From contig JBHLNZ010000001.1 in the NCBI GenBank assembly GCA_048941015.1, forward strand, positions 1 to 64,000: a stretch of DNA of 64,000 nucleotides, in the 5' to 3' direction. Positions within the stretch are counted from its first letter, which is position 1. Each line of letters opens with the position of its first letter. A model generated the notes under the pieces. It was not told where the DNA came from and did not search any database. It saw nothing but the letters and a program-made list of their open reading frames with translations. This stretch comes from Promethearchaeota archaeon. Lineage in GTDB: Archaea > Asgardarchaeota > Lokiarchaeia > Sigyniarchaeales > SOKP01. Positions 40,362-47,652 of the stretch are shown here, one piece after another. Made by a program: the position numbers and the translations under genes.

Positions 40362-40934
40362 ATGTCGAGTAAATCAATTTTAGTGAGCATTCTAGGATCT
40401 GCAGTTATTATAGGATTATTAGGCTTCTTTTTGTTACCATTCCTTTTTCCCGCTGTAAATTCAAATTCCATAGTATTACAATCCAGCTATAGAGAATGGA
40501 ACAGTGAAGCTTATATATTCGATGATGATACCTTAGATTATGTGAAAATGAATGATACTGAACTATCTATCTCAATTAAACAAAATTCTCAGCTTTCAAT
40601 AACATTTTCAGCAATTGCTCTTTTATCACTTGATCCAGATTTCACTATTAAAAACTCTTATAATATTTCTATAGTAATTTTAGGCATCTACAATTACACC
40701 TTCACAGTAGGTTATTATGATGATACTCCCGCTTCAGGTCTATACATTAGACAGTTAACTTTCAACTTATTCAGCAACTTTTTGTCTCAACCATTACCTG
40801 CTGGTACCTATACAGTTGTAGTTTTTTGGAAATCAAACTTTGATGCCAATGGATTAAATTCTTTAAGTGTCTGTCATACCCCAACTTGGATTCGTACTCG
40901 CAGCTTATACATTCAAGAAATAAAACAGGTTTAA
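40362..40934 (+). CDS. Hypothetical protein with N-terminal membrane anchor and beta-rich domain
   Basis: N-terminal hydrophobic helix, LPAGTYTVVVFW. Confidence 0.6.
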   Translation: MSSKSILVSILGSAVIIGLLGFFLLPFLFPAVNSNSIVLQSSYREWNSEAYIFDDDTLDYVKMNDTELSISIKQNSQLSITFSAIALLSLDPDFTIKNSYNISIVILGIYNYTFTVGYYDDTPASGLYIRQLTFNLFSNFLSQPLPAGTYTVVVFWKSNFDANGLNSLSVCHTPTWIRTRSLYIQEIKQV

Positions 40935-41025
40935 ATTAATTTTAAATTTTTTTTTATTAAATTCTTTAGTTCTGAATTTAATGCGGTTTATTTAAATTTT
41001 ATCCCACTCTAAGGGTGGTATAAAT

Positions 41026-41706
41026 TTACCAAATAAGTGGAATTAATTTTTTCTTGGTTCTTTGAGCATATTCTTTATATCCCTCAAGTTCTTTATGAAG
41101 CATTCGATCTTCTAAAATTGTGCGTATCACTATTCCAGCAATACCAAGTGCAGCAGGAATTAATGAAAAAAGAGAACCAAGGGCTAAACAATAAAAGATT
41201 ATAAATAGAATAAATCCTAAATACATTGGATGCCGTACAATTCGATAAGGGCCAGAAGTAATTACTGTATGGCCTCGATCTTTTTGAATCTCCACTGCTT
41301 TTGATAAAAAGGTATTTTCTTTCATAACTAAGAATATTATTACCAATCCCAATGACATTCCTATAAATCCAATTATTTCCACTAAAAGAGGAACACTTGA
41401 CCAACCATATTTCTTTTCAAAACCAGGAATTATAAATGTTGGAAAAAAGCCAAATCCCATGAAAAGCATGACAATCTTATCCCACTTTTCTTTAAATTGT
41501 GGTTTAGCCCTCTTTTGAAGCATCTCGGGGTCATGTTTACTAAAATATAAAATATAGCTCGTAAAGAAGGTAAAAAATATTCCAAGATAAATCCATACTT
41601 CAAGCCAAAAAAAACTTCCAAAAGGGATAAATAACCCTAATCCAAGGAAAGCTGTAACTAATACAACAAGACTAATTAAAATCGGTTTAGATATTTTTTT
41701 AGGCAT
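41026..41706 (-). CDS. Isoprenylcysteine carboxyl methyltransferase (ICMT/Ste14/PEMT) family membrane protein
   Basis: VITSGPYRIVRHPMYLG, EDRML..EL.GY.EY, LIP.IW. Confidence 0.88.
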   Translation of the reverse strand: MPKKISKPILISLVVLVTAFLGLGLFIPFGSFFWLEVWIYLGIFFTFFTSYILYFSKHDPEMLQKRAKPQFKEKWDKIVMLFMGFGFFPTFIIPGFEKKYGWSSVPLLVEIIGFIGMSLGLVIIFLVMKENTFLSKAVEIQKDRGHTVITSGPYRIVRHPMYLGFILFIIFYCLALGSLFSLIPAALGIAGIVIRTILEDRMLHKELEGYKEYAQRTKKKLIPLIW

Positions 41707-41750
41707 AAATACAAGAAATTTTTATCTTATTTAATTTTTCTAATCTTTTT

Positions 41751-42791
41751 TTAGATATTTCGTAATCTTGGATCTAGTGCATCCCTTAATCCATCGCCCA
41801 AAAGCATAAATCCAAGAACTGTAATTAATATCATCAATCCCGGCCAGAACACTGCCCAAGGTGCGTCAAATAAACGAGCCATAGAAATCCAAATTTCCTT
41901 TCCCCAATCTATTAACCCTGGATCAGTAAAACCAAGAAATGCTAAGCCTGCTAAGTTTAAAATAACTGATCCAATGTCAAAAGTCACCGAAATTATAATT
42001 GGATTAATAACATTAGGAATTATATGTTTAAACATTATTCTACGGTTGTTAGCACCGACAACTTTAGCTGCTTGTACATATGGCAATTCTTTTGCTTGTA
42101 GGACCGAAGCTCTGATTAATCTTGCATAAGATGGTACTCCTATTATACCAAAAGCGAACATAAAAGCTTCAATTCTTTGTCCTATTATTGCTACAAACAC
42201 TAACGCAAGAATCAAACCTGGAAAGGAAAGAAGTACATCCATTATTCTCATCAAGATCAAATCTAACCAACTACCAAAATATCCTGCCATAGTACCAAGT
42301 AAGATTCCTACTATTACACTAAAACCAACAGCAGGAAATGCTATTACTAATGAAGCCCTTGCCCCATAAATTATTCTTGACAAAACGTCTCTTCCTAAAC
42401 TAGTAGTACCTAATAGATGTTCTGGAGATGGTGGTTCATATGAACCTAAAAACATTCCCATAGTTTGGCTTTCAAAACTATAAGGAGCAATCCATTGGCC
42501 AAAAATCGCAAAGGTAATTACCACAAAGATAATAATTATTCCAACTAAAGTTAAAAATGATTTCAGTCGCCGAATAAATTTCCGCTTACTAATCGTTTTT
42601 TCATATTCAAACTCTCTTTTTGACAATTCTTCTAATCGAGAACCCGGCACAAATAAGAATTTTATGTTTTTAAAAATCCATCGCAAGATAATTATTAATG
42701 TATTCTGCTTTTCCTCTTCCTCTCTCGACTCCTCTGTTTCGATCTCCTTAAATTCAATAGTTTCTTCTAATTCCGTCATTTCTTTAACCAA
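41751..42791 (-). CDS. Oligopeptide ABC permease OppC/DppC (orphan in this window)
   Basis: HLLGTTSLGRDVLSRIIYGAR, YVQAAKVVGA (EAA-loop equivalent), LGDGLRDALDPR. Confidence 0.92.
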   Translation of the reverse strand: MVKEMTELEETIEFKEIETEESREEEEKQNTLIIILRWIFKNIKFLFVPGSRLEELSKREFEYEKTISKRKFIRRLKSFLTLVGIIIIFVVITFAIFGQWIAPYSFESQTMGMFLGSYEPPSPEHLLGTTSLGRDVLSRIIYGARASLVIAFPAVGFSVIVGILLGTMAGYFGSWLDLILMRIMDVLLSFPGLILALVFVAIIGQRIEAFMFAFGIIGVPSYARLIRASVLQAKELPYVQAAKVVGANNRRIMFKHIIPNVINPIIISVTFDIGSVILNLAGLAFLGFTDPGLIDWGKEIWISMARLFDAPWAVFWPGLMILITVLGFMLLGDGLRDALDPRLRNI

Positions 42792-42809
42792 TTATTATAT
42801 CTTTCTTTT

Positions 42810-43472
42810 TTAGAATGTGAAAATCACGTCAAAGGGAAATTTATCAAAATTTTTTTCTAAGGTTCTTTTAAATCCCTCTGAAATTGGCTCAAATCCTTTT
42901 CCAATATAATTTCCAATTGAAATATAATCAGGTTTTATGTCTAAAAGAAAATTCTTTAAACTTTTTAAGTTATCAACATTATCATTAATCCCCCTAAAAA
43001 ACATTATATAAATTCCTAAATGACCTTTGTAAGTCCTCTTGAATCTGACCATCCCGTCTAATAACTCTTCTAAACTTAAATCAACACAACAAGGATTCAC
43101 CCTTCCAAAATTTGAAGGCTCGATACTATTAATATTAACTGCTATGAAATCACATTCTAACAATCCTTTTTGCGCTAATTTATTACATAATATGGAGCAA
43201 TTTACATACGTCCCAATTTTTTGATTTGGGTGAGCTTTCTTAATAAGATTGATTAAAAATTTTAATCCATGGAATATATATTGATCATTTGGAATTCTCA
43301 ACCATATATAGTCAGGACTTCCATTTTGGAATAAAAAATGATTTACTTCTCCAATGATTTCCTCGGTAGGAAAATCTTTTACTGAGATTGACTTCAGCGA
43401 ATCAAAATGAATTGGCATTATTATACCAAATCGCTTGTCATGCTGAATTTCATTAATATATTTATATTCCAT
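42810..43472 (-). CDS. Degenerate radical-SAM-fold protein (COG0731/Tyw1-like) lacking CxxxCxxC
   Basis: PDYI, NCSIL, F.RVNP, YKGHL..MFFRGIND, IKPD patterns match the family; the Cys triad and GEP motifs are absent. Confidence 0.6.
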   Translation of the reverse strand: MEYKYINEIQHDKRFGIIMPIHFDSLKSISVKDFPTEEIIGEVNHFLFQNGSPDYIWLRIPNDQYIFHGLKFLINLIKKAHPNQKIGTYVNCSILCNKLAQKGLLECDFIAVNINSIEPSNFGRVNPCCVDLSLEELLDGMVRFKRTYKGHLGIYIMFFRGINDNVDNLKSLKNFLLDIKPDYISIGNYIGKGFEPISEGFKRTLEKNFDKFPFDVIFTF

Positions 43473-43512
43473 TTACTTTTCCTAAATAAAAATATAATTT
43501 TGTTTAATATCT

Positions 43513-46449
43513 CTAATCCTCGCTTACATCTTTAAAAAGTAGTCTTTCTGAAGGCAATTTCTTAGATTTTATCTTATCTATCCTTTCAAAACATTGTTTT
43601 GCTTTCTCATCATTACCTAGTGCCTGATAAGTTCTTCCCAGCTTTCTATATGTATCAAATACATACCATCCTGTAGGATTTAATTCTAAAGCCGTCTTGA
43701 ATTCTTTGATTGCTTCTTCATATCGCCTAGCCCACATTAAAACTTCTCCATACGTATCGTGATAATTACCAACATCTTGACCAATAGTAACTAACTTTTT
43801 ACCTGTTTCTAATGCTTCCTCTATTCTATTAAGCCTTCCTAAGAAAATTGTTTTATTATTAAGCATATCAAATTCATCGGGGTACTTATCGAGTGCAGTT
43901 TCACAAACTTCCAATCCTAAATCATCCTCACTAATCTCATATGCAATTAAGGATTTAAGTTTAAGAAGAGTTATCTCTTCCTTAGGAAATTCCAATATTA
44001 GTTTATCTAGTAGCATTAAAGATTCATTTGGTTGTTCGGATGAAAAAAGAAGCCAACATTTGTGCCTTTTGTAATCTAGAAGTATAGGTACTAATTCAAT
44101 CGCTTTATCGATCGCTTTTATTGATTCTTCATGCATTCCTATTTGTTCCATTACCATTGATTTTAGGTCATAATATCTCGCTTGATTTAGCTTATTTTGA
44201 TCCAATGATATAGTCATATCAATCTCGGTAAGAAATTTATCTGGTTTTATTTGTGCTTCACTGAAATTGTAGATAAGATCGTAACCATTAACTAAAGCTC
44301 CTGCTAAAGTTGCGATCGGATGATTTGAATGGCGATCTTGAACAGATCTAGCTACTTCTAAGGCTTTATTGAACTTCCCTTGCGTTAAATAAGAATAAAT
44401 TAAGATGAATGATACGGAAGTCTCCAATTTCGGATTCTTATCAAAAAGATTAATAATAATATCTTTTTTTATTATTCTCTTTGCCTCTTTATACCTATGG
44501 ATTATGCTGAGTAAAATTGCTTTTAGAATATAAAACTGTTTATCCTTAGGATTTAATTTGATTATTTTATCTATTAGTTCAAAATCTTCTTCATGAGATA
44601 TAACGCAACATTTCCTATTATACATTATAAAAATAATTTTTGTTTTTAATGCTAAAAGATTCTGTGAATCGCTTTTTAATATATTATCAACAATTTTAAC
44701 TGCTTTTTCATAATCGCCTTTATAAAGCAAGATATATGCTTTTTCGCATAATAATGAGGGATTACTTGCTATTTCCAAGCCTTCATCAATAATATAATCC
44801 GCCTCATCAAATTCTAATAAATAAAACAACGTAATTGATTTCAAAAGATAACCAATATACACTTCAGGATATTTCCTAATAAGTTCTTCTGATAATCTAA
44901 TTGCCTCTATTAAATCAAAAGAATTTGTTGCTACAAGATCTCTTACGATTAAATCTTCTAAATCATTAAACTTCTCTTTATTTTTATTATAAACAGATTT
45001 AATTTTCGATTTTTTACCCTTTAAGAGTAATTCATTTATTTCGTCAAAAATGTCTGCATTTTCATGATTATATAATTTCTTGAATTCAATGGTTGTCAAA
45101 AAATCTGATTTGGTTAATTGCATCACATCTAATGCTTTAAAAATTGAATCATCTATACTATAGTAATATTCATCTTCCATTGATTCTTGTTTTATTATCG
45201 AAGGTTCAAATGATTGAAACTCCTCAAATATATTCTGCCATATAAACCCTTCTCTTTTAGCATCATCTGAAATTAATTTCTTTTCTGTTCCAATTTTATA
45301 AGCGAGATATTTAATATATTCGGGTAAAAATTTTCGCAATGAATCTTTTAATTCATTAACAAAAATATTTTCACATATTTCATTAATAATGTTGTTTAAA
45401 AGGCTAGAAACATTAAATCTTGAACTTATTTCTCTCTCATAACCTGCTAATTTATTTAAGTATGTATATTTTGTAATATAATCATCAATAATTGCTCTTA
45501 ATATACGTTCTAACTTTTCATTTGCTTGAAAATAAAATTCTTTATCAGGAAATACGTCTAATCTGAAAAATTTCACAGGGTACAAATCCTCATCTACTAT
45601 TTTCTCGATAAAGAAATCAAGGGTAGTTTGTTTAATATTATACTTCTTTGCAAACGCCTGAGGAGAAACATACTCTGGATATTGATCTGGATGATTAATT
45701 GAAAGAAATAATAAGATCTTATTGAAATCCTCCTCTTCTTCTAACATATTTTCTACTTTTGAATAACTCATCTTTAGAGTATTGTTTAAAAATCGAAATT
45801 TGATATTATCATCTATAATGTCATATTTATCGTAGAAATCATTTGTATACATGGTTATTTCTTCTATTCGCTTGCTTTCCTCCTCCAAAATTGATTGGCG
45901 ATCTAGATCATAGGTTTTCAGCATCCTAAAGTACTCTACTTTACCAGTAGAAGTTATATAATATTCTTTATTCTCGTTCTTAATGAAACCCTTATCAATC
46001 AAAAAATTTTTACTCTTGGATAATGAGGATTGATTAATACCTAATGGTGGCTCTCGAAAATCGGACCATTTGCAGGATTCATTATTATATAACATCCATA
46101 AAATCCAATGATCATAATTCCTCTTTCTCAAAATTGCTTTTGGAGGATATACTAATTTCGGTCTTCCCAATTCCTCATCATAGGAAATCTCATTAAAATG
46201 GGATCTACCTTCAGTTGTTATCCTATAATGTCCCCTTTTAAATCTATCAATATAATCTTTATTAATTAGATCATTGATATAATTTGAAAGAGTTGATTCA
46301 CTGATCTCTGATTCTTCTGTAAAATCCCGCCATTCGCAATATTCATTATTAGAAAGCATCCAAAGAATTATATATTCATAATTTGGATTTGTTCCAGGAG
46401 GAGATAATATCTCTTTTGGGGGTAAAATTAAATTTTTTGAGCTGCTCAT
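43513..46449 (-). CDS. Tandem winged-helix plus TPR-repeat protein, putative transcription regulator
   Basis: Two repeats NY[ED].[IW]ILWML.NNE.C.W.DF...I..S.LS....LI.K..I...Y.IT..G; C-terminal TPRs (e.g. YHDTYGEVLMWARRYEEAIKEFKTALELNP). Confidence 0.8.
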   Translation of the reverse strand: MSSSKNLILPPKEILSPPGTNPNYEYIILWMLSNNEYCEWRDFTEESEISESTLSNYINDLINKDYIDRFKRGHYRITTEGRSHFNEISYDEELGRPKLVYPPKAILRKRNYDHWILWMLYNNESCKWSDFREPPLGINQSSLSKSKNFLIDKGFIKNENKEYYITSTGKVEYFRMLKTYDLDRQSILEEESKRIEEITMYTNDFYDKYDIIDDNIKFRFLNNTLKMSYSKVENMLEEEEDFNKILLFLSINHPDQYPEYVSPQAFAKKYNIKQTTLDFFIEKIVDEDLYPVKFFRLDVFPDKEFYFQANEKLERILRAIIDDYITKYTYLNKLAGYEREISSRFNVSSLLNNIINEICENIFVNELKDSLRKFLPEYIKYLAYKIGTEKKLISDDAKREGFIWQNIFEEFQSFEPSIIKQESMEDEYYYSIDDSIFKALDVMQLTKSDFLTTIEFKKLYNHENADIFDEINELLLKGKKSKIKSVYNKNKEKFNDLEDLIVRDLVATNSFDLIEAIRLSEELIRKYPEVYIGYLLKSITLFYLLEFDEADYIIDEGLEIASNPSLLCEKAYILLYKGDYEKAVKIVDNILKSDSQNLLALKTKIIFIMYNRKCCVISHEEDFELIDKIIKLNPKDKQFYILKAILLSIIHRYKEAKRIIKKDIIINLFDKNPKLETSVSFILIYSYLTQGKFNKALEVARSVQDRHSNHPIATLAGALVNGYDLIYNFSEAQIKPDKFLTEIDMTISLDQNKLNQARYYDLKSMVMEQIGMHEESIKAIDKAIELVPILLDYKRHKCWLLFSSEQPNESLMLLDKLILEFPKEEITLLKLKSLIAYEISEDDLGLEVCETALDKYPDEFDMLNNKTIFLGRLNRIEEALETGKKLVTIGQDVGNYHDTYGEVLMWARRYEEAIKEFKTALELNPTGWYVFDTYRKLGRTYQALGNDEKAKQCFERIDKIKSKKLPSERLLFKDVSED

Positions 46450-46498
46450 TTTTTAAAATTCCTCTTGTAACTTCATTTAACTCCTATAATAACGTATA

Positions 46499-46582
46499 GT
46501 TCGAAGTTATATTTATACTTTACACTTCGAAATAAAGTATGAACCATTGCCGAAGTTCAAACTTCACTGCGAAGTTCGAAGT
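46499..46582. promoter_or_regulatory. Cluster of (T)CGAAGT/ACTTCG(A) motifs in the divergent promoter, putative operator array
   Basis: cgaagt at 46502, 46551, 46570, 46577; acttcg at 46524; gaagt-N4-acttc palindrome 46552-46565. Confidence 0.55.
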
Positions 46583-46678
46583 ACAAACCTATAAATGAAT
46601 TATTATCCTAATAAAAATTAATAACAAAAAAGAAAAAACGAGAAAGAAACACAAAAAAAAGTTAAGAGGTTATAAAAA

Positions 46679-46918
46679 ATGGCACAAGTAGAATTAAGAA
46701 AAGTTGAGCCAAAAAAATGTGTTGATATAGAATTAATAAAATTAGATGAACTCCCTGTTCCCGAAGTCATAGAAGAAAAGGAAGAGGAGATTATAAAGAA
46801 AAAAGGATTGAAAGGCATTATAAATAAATTTCGTAATCATGCCAAATATCATGAAGAATTCATAAATATTGAAAAAGTTAAACGTCAATTAATTTATAGG
46901 AACTTTGGAGTTAATTAA
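46679..46918 (+). CDS. Small hypothetical protein (79 aa)
   Basis: AGAGGT SD-like motif and A-rich spacer before ATG, the same leader type as two of the downstream sORFs. Confidence 0.7.
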   Translation: MAQVELRKVEPKKCVDIELIKLDELPVPEVIEEKEEEIIKKKGLKGIINKFRNHAKYHEEFINIEKVKRQLIYRNFGVN

Positions 46919-46960
46919 AATTTTTTCAAGTAAGATTATGTTAAAAATTGATGATAAAAA

Positions 46961-47044
46961 ATGAGTTTAAAAGAAAAAATAAAGGTATGGGTTTGTAGAC
47001 ACTTCTGTTCTGCGTCATGCCGAGCGGAAATCTGCGCTGAATGA
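46961..47044 (+). CDS. Cys-rich 27 aa peptide MSLKEKIKVWVCRHFCSASCRAEICAE
   Basis: Translated by hand; tgatga-A-rich leader like that of the rubrerythrin gene; Cx3Cx3Cx4C; locally GC-rich against AT-rich flanks. Confidence 0.6.
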   Translation: MSLKEKIKVWVCRHFCSASCRAEICAE

Positions 47045-47082
47045 AATTATAATTAAAATAAAAAAAAAGAGGTACAAAAAAA

Positions 47083-47148
47083 ATGGCAAGAAAAGAAAGA
47101 TTGATAATAATTAGAAATGATGAGTTTAACTCGAGATATTTTAGATAA
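47083..47148 (+). CDS. 21 aa peptide MARKERLIIIRNDEFNSRYFR
   Basis: AGAGGT SD-like leader; paralogous to the next sORF. Confidence 0.7.
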   Translation: MARKERLIIIRNDEFNSRYFR

Positions 47149-47205
47149 TTAATTTCAAAATATAAAAATATATTCAAAATAAAAATTAAAAAGAGGTAGA
47201 AGGAA

Positions 47206-47274
47206 ATGAACGAGAAAAAAAGAATAATTGTGTTAAAAAACGCGAGCTATAACGTAAAATATTTCAAATGGTAA
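47206..47274 (+). CDS. 22 aa peptide MNEKKRIIVLKNASYNVKYFKW
   Basis: AGAGGT SD-like leader; aligns without gaps to the previous sORF; T-rich terminator-like run at 47286-47298. Confidence 0.7.
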   Translation: MNEKKRIIVLKNASYNVKYFKW

Positions 47275-47308
47275 TCAAATTCACATTTTTTTATTTTTAA
47301 GACGTATT

Positions 47309-47534
47309 AAACAAATCCTCCAATTTGTTTGAAGCTTTCCGTACAATCACTTAATAGGATGATACCCACGCACCTGGGCAGACGAGTGCTCAGGTGCATT
47401 CCATCCATCAACAATTAATGCAACCATAATTTCATAAAATTCTGATCATTTATGACTCCTGCAGCCGTCTTCTTTGTTGGAATAATCATCCCAAATCTGT
47501 TAATAGTCTTAATAGATGGGTTTGGTGGAGTCAT
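47309..47534. ncRNA. Candidate structured non-coding RNA (three hairpins)
   Basis: GC-enriched intergenic block with stems 47309-16/47323-30, 47370-80/47387-97, 47452-59/47527-34 and inner stem 47495-503/47509-17. Confidence 0.5.
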
Positions 47535-47652
47535 CTTTTAAAATAAACATAAATTTTTTAGAGTTGTTTTTTCCTTTTTTCGATTTTTTTTTTAAATATA
47601 TACGATAAAACCAGACTATATTTCCTGAACTATTTATTAAAGGTTAATTAAG

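Noticed and set aside
47033-47056. Possible CaaX prenylation motif, or selenocysteine read-through at the TGA of the Cys-rich peptide
   Set aside because: The terminal Cys is followed by only two residues; read-through would add only U-N-Y-N, and no SECIS could be identified with confidence
46618-47177. Minus-strand ORFs 46618..46818 and 46941..47177 (Phe-rich)
   Set aside because: They arise from the complement of A-rich leaders; the plus-strand sORFs with SD motifs and paralogy explain the region better
47309-47534. Identification as RNase P RNA, SRP RNA, or a fluoride or TPP riboswitch
   Set aside because: Partial look-alike motifs (ATGACTCCT, GGAAAG, AACAAAGAAGACGGCT) are in the wrong order or lack their pairing partners; no SRP helix 8 motif
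47359-47534. Short ORFs within the structured element (19 aa on plus from 47359; 39 aa on minus from 47534)
   Set aside because: No A-rich SD leader like the neighbouring sORFs; the sequence is better explained by base pairing
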